A stretch of 64,000 nucleotides of DNA from Gammaproteobacteria bacterium (GCA_024235015.1 JACKNG010000001.1:77934-141933); one strand, 5' to 3'; shown: positions 1-9,522, numbered from the stretch's first letter. Program-made: numbers and translations. Notes: a model not told the origin generated them from the letters alone.

Positions 1-330
1 CCTCGACGACGAAGCGGTAGTGGGCGTCGGTTGCTGCTTCGATCGCGGCCAGGCCGACCTTGTCGCGGGTGGCGCCGCGCAGGGCGGTGAGCCACGATTC
101 CCCGATCGCGCGGATGAGGAACGCGAACAGGCCGCCCTTGTTGCCGAAGCGGTAGCTGGCCAGCCCGCGGCTATAGCCGGCGCGTTCGCCGACGTCCTTG
201 AGCGTGGTGCCGCTGCTGCCGCGCTCGCAGATCAGGGCGACGGCGGCATCGAGCATGCGGGCGTCAGACAGCGCGGTGCGCTCGGCCTGGGTACGGCGTT
301 CGACTTCGCTGACGGCGCTGGATTGCATGA
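1..330 (-). CDS. TetR/AcrR family transcriptional regulator (partial; C-terminus beyond window edge)
   Basis: Reverse-strand translation from the ATG at 330 gives MQSSAVSEVERRTQAERTALSDARMLDAAVALICERGSSGTTLKDVGERAGYSRGLASYRFGNKGGLF..., a typical TetR N-terminal HTH. It is not in the ORF track because it runs off the window; read manually. Confidence 0.6.
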
Positions 331-353
331 CCCGGCAGTATGCAGGCCATCAT

Positions 354-374
354 ACTTGTTTGCAACAAGCAAGT
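354..374. promoter_or_regulatory. Imperfect palindrome ACTTGtttgcaacaagCAAGT in the TetR/GGDEF-EAL divergent intergenic region; candidate TetR operator
   Basis: Outer 5-bp inverted arms ACTTG/CAAGT around a palindromic TTGCAA core, 25 bp upstream of the TetR start codon. Coordinates approximate. Confidence 0.3.
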
Positions 375-444
375 GACTGTCCATGTCCAAGGCGCTGCGG
401 CTTGACCCTCATGAAGGGGAAAACCCCTGGTACGCACGCTGCGC

Positions 445-3400
445 TTGCGTGCAGCGCCGCATTTTCTGGTAGCTTGGACCCGTCCCACGTTTTCGAGTCC
501 GTCGTCGATGTCCGCCTCCAGAATCCTGCCCGGCGTGCTCACCCTGCTCGCCCTGGGGGCCTGTCTCGCGCTGTCCTGGATGGCCGAGGTCATCATCGTC
601 GAGCAGGCCCGCCGGCACGAGCGCGAGCATGTCGCCGACCAGCTCGACGCCCTGCGCCTGCGCATCGAGAAGCTGGTTGCCCGGGATATCTACTCCATCC
701 GCGGCCTCGCCACCTACGTCGAGGCGCGTCCGGGTCTCGACGCCGACGAGTTCGACGCCTTCGCGGCGCGCCTGGTCGACGCCGACTCGGCCATCCGTCA
801 CGTCGCCGCCGCACCGGACCTGGTGATTCGCTACGTCTACCCGCGCGAGGGCAACGAAGCGGCGCTCGGTTTTGCCTATCACGACGACGCCCTGCAGCAG
901 GCCGCCGCGGAACGCGCGGCCCGCAGCGACGACATTGTCGTCGCCGGACCGCTGGAACTGGTCCAGGGCGGCAGCGCTTTCGTCGCCCGCACGGCGGTGT
1001 GGACCCACGATGCCGCCGGCGCCGCCCGCCTGTGGGGACTGGTGGCGGTCATCATCGACAGCGGGCGCTTCTATGCCGCGGCCGGCCTGCTCGACGACGC
1101 GGCGCCGCTCGAAGTCGCGCTGCGCGGGCGCGATGCCACCGGTGCCGAGGGCCCGGCGTTCTTCGGCGATGCCAGCCTGTTCGAGCAGGACGTGGTTACC
1201 GGCTTCGCCGCGCTGCCGGTCGGTGGTTGGCAGATCGCGGCACGCCCGCGCCAGGGTTGGACGGCAGCGCACGCCGCCCCGGTGTGGTTGCCGCGCGCGT
1301 TCGGTGCCGGTGCCATGGTCCTGGTCGTGGCCTTCGCCGCCTTCCACGATCGTTTTCGCCGCGACCGCGCCGCGGCCGACCGCGCGGTGCACGAATCGCA
1401 GACCGACTTCCGCCTGCTGTTCGAGAACGTCAACGACGCCATCTTCATCCGCGACACGCCCAGCGGGCGCGTGATCGACGCCAACGTGCAGGCGGCCCGT
1501 TACCTCGGCTATCCCCGCGAGGCGCTGATCGGCATGTGCGTGTCGGACATCTATGCGACCGGCGACGACGGCGAACTCGAGCGCATCACCGCCCGGATCA
1601 AGAACCACGGTTCGGCCGTGTTCCAGGCCCGGCATCGCCGTGCCGACGGCAGCCTGGCCACGGTCGAAGTCTCCGCGCGTCGCGTGCAGCGCCCGGCCAG
1701 CGACGTCATCATCTCGGTGGTGCGCGACGTCACCGAGCGTGAGAGCGCCGCCGCCGCCCTGCGCCGCAGCCAGCAGGACCTGGTCAACTCGATCGAATCG
1801 ATCAGCGAAGGGTTTGCGCTGTGGGATCGCGACGACTGCCTGCAGGTCTACAACCGGCGCATGCTGGAGCTGTCGCCGCACCTCGAACCCTGCCTGGCGG
1901 TCGGCGTGCGCTTCGTCGACATGGTTGCCTATACCTATGACCAGGGCATCGTCAGCCATGAAATGCCGCGCGAGGACTGGATCGCCGCACGCCTGCGCCA
2001 GCATCGCGAACCAGGCGAACCGCTCGAGATCCTGAGCGAGACCGGCCGCTACCTGCGCATCTCCGAGCACCGTACCCCGGACGGCTACATCGTCGGCATC
2101 TACACCGACATCACCGCCATCAAGCAGGCCGAGGAGCACATCCGCTACCGGGCCTACTTCGACATGCTCACGGATCTGCCCAACCGCGAGAACTTCATGT
2201 CCCAGCTCGAGGCCACGGTGCGGCTGGCGCAGCGCAACCGCACCCTCTCGGCGCTGCTCTTCGTCGATCTCGACCGCTTCAAGAACGTCAACGACACCCT
2301 CGGCCACCAGACCGGTGACCTCTTGTTGCAGGAAGCCGCACGGCGCATCTGCCACAGCGTGCGCAATTCCGACATCGTGGCGCGCTTCGGCGGCGACGAG
2401 TTCGCCGTCATCCTGCGCGACATCGCCGAGACCAACGACGCCGCGCGCATCGCCGAGACCATCATCGGGCGCCTCGCCGAGGGCTACGTACTCGACGAGC
2501 AGGTGCTGTACTGCGGCGCCAGCATCGGCATCACGGTCTGTCCGAGCGACAGCGTCGAGCCGGAAGTCCTGCTGCGCAATGCGGACATGGCCATGTACCA
2601 GGCCAAGGCACTGGGTCGTAACACCTTCCGCTTCTTCACCGCGTCGATGACGGCACGCGCCGAGCAATTCGTGGCCCTGGAGAAGGATCTGCGCCGCTCC
2701 ATCGGCAGCGACGAGTTCGAACTCCACTACCAGCCGGTCATCCGCCTCGACGACGGCGCCCTGGGTGGCGCCGAGGCCCTGCTGCGCTGGCACCACCCCG
2801 AGCGCGGCACGGTCTCGCCGGCCGAGTTCATCCCGGTTGCCGAAGAGACCCGCCTCATCGTCGAGCTCGGCGCCTGGGTCCTGGAACGGGCCTGCCGCGA
2901 AATGCTCGAGTGGGTGGGGCCGAACGGCGCCCTGCCCCACCTTGCCCTGAACGTCTCCAGCCGCCAGCTGTGGGGTGGTTTCGATGGCGATTTCGTCCGC
3001 GGCGTGTTGAACGCGACGGGTTTCCCGGGAGAGCACCTCAAGTTCGAGATGACCGAGTCGCTGCTGATCGAGGACGACGAACGGGCCTCGGCCATCCTCG
3101 GCGATTTCCGCGACCTCGGCATCGGCATCTCGATCGACGATTTCGGTACCGGCTACTCGGCCCTCGGCTACCTGCGCCGCTTCCCCGTCACCACGCTCAA
3201 GATCGATCGCAGCTTCGTGCGCGACATCGAGGTCGACCGCAGCGACGCCAGCCTGGTCGAATCGATCATCGCCATGGCCCGGGCGCTGGGCATCGACGTC
3301 GTCGCCGAAGGGGTGGAGACGGCGGGCCAGGCGGCGATGTTGCGCGCCATGGGCTGCCAGTACGCGCAGGGCTTCCTGTTCGGGCGACCACAGCCGCGCG

Positions 3401-3453
3401 CCCGCTTCGCGGCCGATTTCGTCACCACCACGGACCGCCGGGCTGGCGGTTGA
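445..3453 (+). CDS. Membrane-anchored CHASE-PAS-PAS-GGDEF-EAL cyclic-di-GMP signalling protein
   Basis: 1002-aa ORF. N-terminal hydrophobic segment (LTLLALGACLALSW) and a second TM (WLPRAFGAGAMVLVVAFAAF) flank a CHASE-like periplasmic region, followed by PAS repeats, an intact RFGGDEF motif, and EAL motifs (EALLRW, DDFGTG). The more likely start is the ATG at 508 (MSASRILPGVL). Confidence 0.85.
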   Translation: MRAAPHFLVAWTRPTFSSPSSMSASRILPGVLTLLALGACLALSWMAEVIIVEQARRHEREHVADQLDALRLRIEKLVARDIYSIRGLATYVEARPGLDADEFDAFAARLVDADSAIRHVAAAPDLVIRYVYPREGNEAALGFAYHDDALQQAAAERAARSDDIVVAGPLELVQGGSAFVARTAVWTHDAAGAARLWGLVAVIIDSGRFYAAAGLLDDAAPLEVALRGRDATGAEGPAFFGDASLFEQDVVTGFAALPVGGWQIAARPRQGWTAAHAAPVWLPRAFGAGAMVLVVAFAAFHDRFRRDRAAADRAVHESQTDFRLLFENVNDAIFIRDTPSGRVIDANVQAARYLGYPREALIGMCVSDIYATGDDGELERITARIKNHGSAVFQARHRRADGSLATVEVSARRVQRPASDVIISVVRDVTERESAAAALRRSQQDLVNSIESISEGFALWDRDDCLQVYNRRMLELSPHLEPCLAVGVRFVDMVAYTYDQGIVSHEMPREDWIAARLRQHREPGEPLEILSETGRYLRISEHRTPDGYIVGIYTDITAIKQAEEHIRYRAYFDMLTDLPNRENFMSQLEATVRLAQRNRTLSALLFVDLDRFKNVNDTLGHQTGDLLLQEAARRICHSVRNSDIVARFGGDEFAVILRDIAETNDAARIAETIIGRLAEGYVLDEQVLYCGASIGITVCPSDSVEPEVLLRNADMAMYQAKALGRNTFRFFTASMTARAEQFVALEKDLRRSIGSDEFELHYQPVIRLDDGALGGAEALLRWHHPERGTVSPAEFIPVAEETRLIVELGAWVLERACREMLEWVGPNGALPHLALNVSSRQLWGGFDGDFVRGVLNATGFPGEHLKFEMTESLLIEDDERASAILGDFRDLGIGISIDDFGTGYSALGYLRRFPVTTLKIDRSFVRDIEVDRSDASLVESIIAMARALGIDVVAEGVETAGQAAMLRAMGCQYAQGFLFGRPQPRARFAADFVTTTDRRAGG

Positions 3454-3493
3454 GGCACGGTCGGGCCGGGCGCGCTGCGGGCTGCGGCGGCGC

Positions 3494-4351
3494 TCAGCGC
3501 GCGCCGACGCGGACCAGGCCCTCCTGGGCCACGGACACCACCAGCCGTCCGGCGGCATCGTAGAAGCTGCCGCGCGCCAGCCCGCGCGCACCGGCCGAAC
3601 TCACGCCTTCGCAGACGTAGAGCAACCAGTCGTCCATGCGGAAAGGCCGGTGGAACCACATCGCATGGTCGAGGCTGGCGAGGAAGATGTTCTCGTCGGT
3701 GGGGCGCACGCCCTGCGGCATGAGCAGGGTCGTGATCAGGCCGTAGTCCGACAGGTAGGCGAGGATGGCGCGGTGCAGATCGGTGTCGTCGGGCAGGCGG
3801 TCGACGGTGCGCAGCCACACGCGGCGCAGCGGCGGCGTGCCCGGCGCGGTGTCACCGAAATAGGCATCGATGGGCCGGAACTCGAACGGCGCGGCGATGC
3901 TTGCGATGCGCTGGACCTTGGGCGAGGCACCCTCGAGGTTGAGCTGGTCGAAGGTCACGCGGGCAAGTTCGCCGGGCGGCGGCACCGCGGGCATGGCGCC
4001 CTGGTACTCGATGCCGTCCTCGCTTTTGTGGAAAGACGCTTCGAGGGTGAAGATCGGCCGGCCGTTCTGTACCGCGGTGACACGACGGGCAGAGAAGCTG
4101 CCGCCGTCGCGACTGCGATCGACCTCGTAGATCACGGGCCTGGCCGACAGCGCCTCGCGCAGGAAGTAGGCATGGATGGAATGCACCGCGCGCGCCTCGA
4201 CGGTCGACTGCGCGGCCTTGATCGCCTCGCCCAGCACCTTGCCGCCGTAGACCCGTGGCAGGTGGGTGTCGCTGATGGCGCCGCGGAACAGGTTGTCCTC
4301 GAGACGTTCGAGTTCGAGGGCGTTAACCAGGCGTTCGAGGGCGGCGTCCAC
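3494..4351 (-). CDS. tesB: Acyl-CoA thioesterase II
   Basis: Strong end-to-end similarity to E. coli TesB (LFRG..., SFSARRV.A.QNG.PIF, HSMWFHRP, RGEFY..G.LVASTVQEG). There is no in-frame ATG at the right length; a GTG at 4351 gives 285 aa matching TesB length and sits 8 bp after the panB stop. The track's 350-aa version has an implausible Ser/Thr/Arg-rich extension. Confidence 0.8.
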   Translation of the reverse strand: MDAALERLVNALELERLEDNLFRGAISDTHLPRVYGGKVLGEAIKAAQSTVEARAVHSIHAYFLREALSARPVIYEVDRSRDGGSFSARRVTAVQNGRPIFTLEASFHKSEDGIEYQGAMPAVPPPGELARVTFDQLNLEGASPKVQRIASIAAPFEFRPIDAYFGDTAPGTPPLRRVWLRTVDRLPDDTDLHRAILAYLSDYGLITTLLMPQGVRPTDENIFLASLDHAMWFHRPFRMDDWLLYVCEGVSSAGARGLARGSFYDAAGRLVVSVAQEGLVRVGAR

Positions 4352-4358
4352 GGCGTTC

Positions 4359-5177
4359 TCAGCGGAAGGCGTATTCGTCGCTTGGGAAGGTGCCGCCGCG
4401 GACCTCGTTGACGTAGGTCTCGAGCGCGCCGTGGATCGAGCCTTCCTGCTCCATGTAGTTCTTCGAGAAGCGGGTGCGCTTGCCGGGGAAGATGTCGAGC
4501 ACGTCGTAGAGGACGAGGATCTGGCCGTCGACGTGGGGGCCGGCACCGATACCGATGACCGGCACCCCGGCGGCAGCGGTGATGTCGGCGGCGAGGTCGA
4601 TGGGCACGCATTCCAGCAGCAGCACGTCGGCGCCGGCCTCTTCCAGCGCGCGGGCGTCGTCCTTCATCTTCTGCGCCGCCTTTGCTTCGCGGCCCTGTAC
4701 GCGGTAGCCGCCGAACTTGTGGATGGCCTGCGGGGTGAGGCCGAGGTGGGCGCACACCGGCACGCCGCACTCGGTGAGGCGCGCGACCATGTCGATTTCG
4801 AGCTCACCCCATTCGAGTTTGACGATCTCCGCCCCGCCCTCCTTCATCAGGCGCGCGGCGTTGCGCAGGCAGTCGGCCGGCGACGAGTAGCTCATGAACG
4901 GCATGTCGGCCATGATCATCGCGCGCCGCGTGCCGCGCGCGACCATCTGGGTGTGGTACACGATGTGGTCGACGGTGACCGGGATGGTGGTGGCCTGACC
5001 CTGCACCACCATGCCGAGCGAATCGCCGACCAGGATGAAGTCGATGCCGACGCGGTCGAGGGCATGGGCGAAGGCGGCGTCGTAGGCCGTCATGCTCGCG
5101 ATCTTCTCGCCGCGCTCCTTCATCAGGCGCAGGGTACGCACCGTGACCTTGTCCGCCATGTCCTGCTGTGCGCTCAT
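4359..5177 (-). CDS. panB: 3-methyl-2-oxobutanoate hydroxymethyltransferase (ketopantoate hydroxymethyltransferase)
   Basis: 272 aa, collinear with E. coli PanB: TAYD..FA, LVGDSLGM..QG...PVT, AHLGLTPQ, GGY.VQGR, VLECVP, IPVIGIGAG...DGQILV. Confidence 0.9.
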   Translation of the reverse strand: MSAQQDMADKVTVRTLRLMKERGEKIASMTAYDAAFAHALDRVGIDFILVGDSLGMVVQGQATTIPVTVDHIVYHTQMVARGTRRAMIMADMPFMSYSSPADCLRNAARLMKEGGAEIVKLEWGELEIDMVARLTECGVPVCAHLGLTPQAIHKFGGYRVQGREAKAAQKMKDDARALEEAGADVLLLECVPIDLAADITAAAGVPVIGIGAGPHVDGQILVLYDVLDIFPGKRTRFSKNYMEQEGSIHGALETYVNEVRGGTFPSDEYAFR

Positions 5178-5201
5178 AAGGTGCCTCCTCCGGCGCGCCG
5201 C

Positions 5202-5612
5202 TCAGCGCGCTGCGCGTCTGCGTTCGATGCCCTGCACGAAGCGGGCGAGATCGACCGGCGCACGCTCGTGCCAGCCGTCGCCGATGGTTTCATGCTCGTC
5301 GTGGGCCTCGCAAGCGAAGCGCACGTGGCGCGCGCCGACCTCGACCACGCGGGCAGTGGCGGTGACCCGCTCGCCGACCGGGGTGGCGGCAAGGTGGCGG
5401 ACGTCGACCCGCGTGCCGACCGAGACCCAGCCCGCCGGCAGCAGCGCGGCGATGGCATCGGCCGCGGCCATTTCCATCAGCAGGATCATCTGTGGCGTGG
5501 CGTAGACCGCCGGCAGGCCGGCATAGGCATGTTGCACGGTGAGCTCGTGGGTGACCTCGATGCTGCGCGTCGCGCTGGCGCCCAGCGCGACCAGGCTGGC
5601 GAGGTCGATCAT
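5202..5612 (-). CDS. Hotdog-fold acyl-CoA thioesterase (PaaI/FlK-like)
   Basis: 136-aa C-terminal portion of the 5202..6773 ORF starting MIDLASLVALGASATRSIEVTHELTVQHAYAG..., with 4HBT/FlK-like hotdog thioesterase features. The start overlaps the dehalogenase stop (ATGA). Confidence 0.65.
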   Translation of the reverse strand: MIDLASLVALGASATRSIEVTHELTVQHAYAGLPAVYATPQMILLMEMAAADAIAALLPAGWVSVGTRVDVRHLAATPVGERVTATARVVEVGARHVRFACEAHDEHETIGDGWHERAPVDLARFVQGIERRRAAR

Positions 5613-6490
5613 GCGCCGCTGAATGCAGCAATCCAGTCGCGCAGGGCGGCGACGATCTCGGCCGGCGAATCCTCCTGGATGAAATGCAGGCCCTTGACCG
5701 TCACCTCGGTCGTGTTGGGCCAGGCGCGCGCGACCTCGGCCGGGGGGCCGTTCATGATCATGCCGGGGTCCGCACTGATGAACAGCTTGGGGATGGACGA
5801 CTGCGCCAGGTAGTCGGCGTAGTTCTCGACCACGTCGACGACGTCGGCCGGTTCGCCACCGAGCGGGATCTGGCGCGGCCAGGTCAGGGTCGGGCGACGG
5901 CCCTCGCCGGGTTCCAGGAAGGGCGCCCGGTAGGCCGCCATCTCCTCGTCGCTCAGCGTGCGCAGGATCGACGCCGGCAGCACGCGTTCGACGAACACGT
6001 TCTTCTCCAGCACCACGGTCTCGCCAGCCGGCGAGCGGAAAGTCTGGAACATCTCGCGCGCCGAGTCGGGCCACTCGTCCCAGCTCAGCGGCTTGACGAT
6101 GCCTTCCATGTGGGCGACGGCCGCAGCGGCTCCCGGGTGGGTCGCGATCCAGTCGAAGCCGAGCGCGCTGCCCCAGTCGTGGATGACGAAGACGACATCG
6201 CGTTCGACACCGAGTGCAGCCAGCGCACCCTGCCAGTAGCGCCGTTGCTCGGCGAAGGTGTAGCGCTCGGGACCGGAGTCCGGCAGCTTGTCCGAGTCGC
6301 CCATGCCGATGAGGTCGATGGCGATGCAGCGGCCGAGGTCGGCGAGCTGCGGCAGGATGTTGCGCCACAGGTAAGAGGAGGTCGGGTTGCCGTGCTGGAA
6401 CACGATCGGACGTCCCTGCCCCATCTCGACGTAGGCCATGCGGCGGCCTTCGACCTCGACGTATTGCTTCTTGTTCGACCAGTCGTTCAT
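5609..6490 (-). CDS. Haloalkane dehalogenase (DhaA-type alpha/beta hydrolase)
   Basis: 293 aa, collinear with Rhodococcus DhaA: HGNPTSSYLWRNI, IHDWGSALGF (nucleophile Asp), PFL.P, GEPA..V, GLHFIQED (His). Confidence 0.85.
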   Translation of the reverse strand: MNDWSNKKQYVEVEGRRMAYVEMGQGRPIVFQHGNPTSSYLWRNILPQLADLGRCIAIDLIGMGDSDKLPDSGPERYTFAEQRRYWQGALAALGVERDVVFVIHDWGSALGFDWIATHPGAAAAVAHMEGIVKPLSWDEWPDSAREMFQTFRSPAGETVVLEKNVFVERVLPASILRTLSDEEMAAYRAPFLEPGEGRRPTLTWPRQIPLGGEPADVVDVVENYADYLAQSSIPKLFISADPGMIMNGPPAEVARAWPNTTEVTVKGLHFIQEDSPAEIVAALRDWIAAFSGA

Positions 6491-6514
6491 GGGCGGTCTC
6501 CTCGCGGATGGGGC

Positions 6515-7405
6515 TCAGCGCGCGGCGCCGAGCTTGTCGAGTTGCGCAGCCAGGGCGACGATGCGTTCCGCCTGCACCAGGTGCGGGCGGTCGATCATCT
6601 TGCCGTCGAGCTGCAGGGTACCGGCATCGGGATTGCTGGCGAAGGCTTCGATCACGGCGCGTGCGTGGGCGAGCTCCTCGGCCGAGGGCGAGAACGCGGC
6701 GTTGATGACCTCGACCTGGGCCGGGTGGATGGCGATCTTGCCGGTGAAGCCATCGCGCCGTGCCTCGTCGCACACCACCTTAAGACGATCGGTGTCGCGG
6801 AAATCGGCCATCACGGTGTCGATGGCCTGCACGCCGGCGGCGTGGGCGCCGAACAGGCACAGCGAGCGCACCAGCTGGTAGGGGCTGGTCCATTCCTTGT
6901 CCGGGCGCAGGTTGGTGCTGGCACCGACCGCGGCGCCGAGATCCTCCGCGCCCCAGGTCATGCCGGCCAGGCGCGGGGTGTCGAAACGGTAGTCGCCGAG
7001 GGTGAACACCGCGGCGGCGGTCTCGGTCGCCACCGGCAGCAGGGCGATGGCCCCGGCCGGCAGGGCGTGTTCGGCCTCGAGCACGTCGATGTAGTGCGAG
7101 ACCGTGCGGAGATCTTCCGGGCCGTTGGCCTTGGGCACGACGATGCCATCGGGTGCGGCCGGCACCACGGCGGCGATGTCGTGCAGGGTGAGGCCCGAGT
7201 CGAGCGGGTTGACGCGCACGTAGAAGCGGACACCGGCTGCGCGCTCGCCGCGCAGGAAGTCAGCGACCATGCCGCGCGCGGTCGGCTTGCGCGTCGCGGC
7301 GACCGAATCCTCGAGGTCGAGGATCACGCAGTCGGCGCCGATCCCCGACGCCTTGGTCATCTTCTTGTCGCTGTCGCCCGGGGCGAAGAGGAGTGAGCGC
7401 AACAT
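6515..7405 (-). CDS. CitE-like acyl-CoA lyase (HpcH/HpaI aldolase family; citryl-/citramalyl-/malyl-CoA lyase beta-subunit type)
   Basis: Real start [19 protein letters not shown]... is at the ATG at 7405 (296 aa); the 105-aa upstream extension in the track is Arg-rich junk. CitE family hallmarks are present. It overlaps the upstream MaoC stop by 1 nt (ATGA). Confidence 0.8.
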   Translation of the reverse strand: MLRSLLFAPGDSDKKMTKASGIGADCVILDLEDSVAATRKPTARGMVADFLRGERAAGVRFYVRVNPLDSGLTLHDIAAVVPAAPDGIVVPKANGPEDLRTVSHYIDVLEAEHALPAGAIALLPVATETAAAVFTLGDYRFDTPRLAGMTWGAEDLGAAVGASTNLRPDKEWTSPYQLVRSLCLFGAHAAGVQAIDTVMADFRDTDRLKVVCDEARRDGFTGKIAIHPAQVEVINAAFSPSAEELAHARAVIEAFASNPDAGTLQLDGKMIDRPHLVQAERIVALAAQLDKLGAAR

Positions 7406-7860
7406 CAGGTCGGCTTCCTCAGCATCAGTCCCGAGCGCTTGCACACGGCGACCAGCTCGTCCTTCTGGTTGTAGGCGCGGTGCTCGAAGATGACGATGCC
7501 GTTCTGCGGCCGCGACTTGCTCTCGCGCAGCTCCATCACCTCCGACTCGACGCGGATGGTGTCGCCGTGGAACAACGGGCGCGGAAAGCGCACCTCGTCC
7601 CAGCCGAGGTTGGCGACGGTGGTGCCGAGGGTGGTCTCGTGCACGCTGATGCCGACCATCAGCGCCAGGGTGAAGCCCGAGTTGACGATACGCTGGCCGA
7701 ACTCGGTCTCGTTCCTGCAATACTCCTCGTCGAGGTGCAGCCGCGCCGGGTTGTGCGTCATCGCCGTGAACAGGACGTTGTCGGTCTCGGTCAGGGTGCG
7801 GCGGATCGGGTGATGGAAAATCTGCCCGACGCTGAATTCTTCGAAGTAAAGGCCTGCCAT
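7405..7860 (-). CDS. MaoC-like (R)-specific enoyl-CoA hydratase/dehydratase
   Basis: 151 aa from [15 protein letters not shown]..., a single hotdog MaoC dehydratase domain, with a GGAGG RBS upstream of the ATG at 7860. Confidence 0.8.
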   Translation of the reverse strand: MAGLYFEEFSVGQIFHHPIRRTLTETDNVLFTAMTHNPARLHLDEEYCRNETEFGQRIVNSGFTLALMVGISVHETTLGTTVANLGWDEVRFPRPLFHGDTIRVESEVMELRESKSRPQNGIVIFEHRAYNQKDELVAVCKRSGLMLRKPT

Positions 7861-7911
7861 GTTTCCTCCCGTGTGCGCTGCTGGCCGTGAAAGCGAGGCG
7901 GCATTATAGGG

Positions 7912-7964
7912 AAATCGGGGACAGACCACGGTTTCCGCCGGAAACCGTGGTCTGTCCCCGATTT
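7912..7964. repeat. Perfect ~26-bp-arm palindrome AAATCGGGGACAGACCACGGTTTCCG-c-CGGAAACCGTGGTCTGTCCCCGATTT (REP-like, GGGGACAG-headed)
   Basis: Read directly from the sequence in the 147-bp gap between the acyl-CoA synthetase stop and the MaoC start; a near-perfect hairpin with a 1-nt centre. Coordinates ±2. Confidence 0.7.
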
Positions 7965-8007
7965 TTCCTTCGATGCGAACCTGGTGCCGGTTCGCGGCCC
8001 GCGGTCG

Positions 8008-9522
8008 TCAAGCGCCGAACAACGTCGCGTAGCGCTCGCGCAACAGGTTCTTCTGTACCTTGCCCATGGTGTTGCGCGGCAGTTCGTCGAGCACCAGCAC
8101 GCGCTTGGGCACCTTGAACGTGGCCAGCTGGCCGCGCAGGCAGGCAATCACGGCCTGCTCGTCGACCGTCGTCGTGGTCACGACCGCCGCGACCACGGCT
8201 TCGCCGAAATCGGCATGCGGGACGCCGAACACGGCCGCTTCGCCGATGCCGTCGAGGGCTTCGAGTTCGCGTTCGATCTCCTTCGGATAGACGTTGAGCC
8301 CGCCCGAGATGACCATGTCCTTGCTGCGCCCGACGATGAACAGGTAGCCGTCGGCATCGAGGTAGCCCTGGTCGCCGGTGTCGAACCAACCGCCGGCGTC
8401 GAAGGCCTTGGCAGTCGCCTCGGGCAGCCGCCAGTAGCCGGGGAAGACGTTCGGCCCGCGGACCTCGATGTCGCCGATGTCGCCACTCGCGCAGACCTGC
8501 CGTTGAGCGTCGACCACGCGCACTTCCACCCCCGCCAGCGGCGGGCCGACCGAGGCCGGCTTGCGCTCCCCGAGCAGCGGGTTGGAGGTGTTGATGCCGG
8601 TCTCGGTCATGCCGTAACGCTCGAGGATGACGTGCCCGGTGCGTTCGACGAATTCGTGGAAGGTGGCCTCGGACAATGGCGCCGAGCCGGAGATGAACAG
8701 GCGCATGGAAGCGCAGTCGGCGGCACCGAAGCCGGGCAGCGCGAGCAGCCGGGTGTAATAGGTCGGCACCCCGGCCATCAGGGTGGCGCCGGCCAGCGTG
8801 TCTCGCACGGCCGCGGCGTCGAAACGCGGCAGGAAGCGCAGGGTCAGGCCGGCCAGCAGGGCCGGCCCGAGGGTGATGAACAGGCCGTGAACGTGGAACA
8901 CCGGCAGGGCGTGGACGAGCACGTCGTCAGCGTGGAAGCCCCAGGCTTCGCGCAGCGCGCAGGCATTGGCGTAGAGGTTGCCGTGGGTGATGCGGATGCC
9001 CTTGGGCGTGCCGGTGGTGCCCGAGGAATAGAGCAGCGCGGCATCGTCGTCGGCGGCGCGGCTGACGGTGGCGAAGGCCTCGGCGGCAGCGCTGCAGGCG
9101 GCGGCGAAGCCGCCCGCCCCGGCCGCGTCCATGTCGAGCCGCTGCGCGCTGCTGCCGGCCGCGTCGCAGGCGGCCGCCACCCGCGCGGCCAGGGCCGGGT
9201 CGCAGATCACCAGGCGCGAGCCGGCATCGCCGATGAAGAAGGCCAGTTCACGCTCGGTGTAGCCGGTATTGAGCGGATGGAAGACCAGCCCTGCACGCAG
9301 GCAGCCGAGGTAGAGCCAGAGGTAGCGCGGCGACTTCTCGGCGACGACCGACACGCGGTCCCCGGGGGCGAGGCCGAGGGCGCCGAGGGCATTGGCCGCG
9401 CGCGCCGTCTCGCGTTCGGCATCGGCGTAGCTGACCCGGCTGCCGTCCGGCAGTTCGAGCAGGGTGCGGGCGGGGTCGAAGGCGGCGGTGAAGCGCGCGT
9501 AGAGATTGGCGTTGGTCGTCAT
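8008..9522 (-). CDS. AMP-dependent acyl-CoA synthetase/ligase (MatB/long-chain-fatty-acid-CoA ligase-like)
   Basis: 504 aa with the AMP-binding motif YSSGTTGTPKG, TGD, and a C-terminal GKVQK lysine motif. Confidence 0.85.
   Translation of the reverse strand: MTTNANLYARFTAAFDPARTLLELPDGSRVSYADAERETARAANALGALGLAPGDRVSVVAEKSPRYLWLYLGCLRAGLVFHPLNTGYTERELAFFIGDAGSRLVICDPALAARVAAACDAAGSSAQRLDMDAAGAGGFAAACSAAAEAFATVSRAADDDAALLYSSGTTGTPKGIRITHGNLYANACALREAWGFHADDVLVHALPVFHVHGLFITLGPALLAGLTLRFLPRFDAAAVRDTLAGATLMAGVPTYYTRLLALPGFGAADCASMRLFISGSAPLSEATFHEFVERTGHVILERYGMTETGINTSNPLLGERKPASVGPPLAGVEVRVVDAQRQVCASGDIGDIEVRGPNVFPGYWRLPEATAKAFDAGGWFDTGDQGYLDADGYLFIVGRSKDMVISGGLNVYPKEIERELEALDGIGEAAVFGVPHADFGEAVVAAVVTTTTVDEQAVIACLRGQLATFKVPKRVLVLDELPRNTMGKVQKNLLRERYATLFGA

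Noticed and set aside
3463-3507. GC-rich stem (GGCGCGCTG...CAGCGCGCC) between the GGDEF-EAL and tesB genes as a terminator
   Set aside because: It overlaps the tesB 3' coding end, lacks a U-tract, and such GC palindromes are frequent at this base composition; too weak to call.
198-3591. Very long ORFs (514 aa on +, 1060 aa on -) overlapping the GGDEF-EAL gene
   Set aside because: Their translations are Arg/Pro/Ala-rich low-complexity strings typical of wrong-frame ORFs in ~70% GC DNA. The CHASE-PAS-GGDEF-EAL frame has clear domain motifs.
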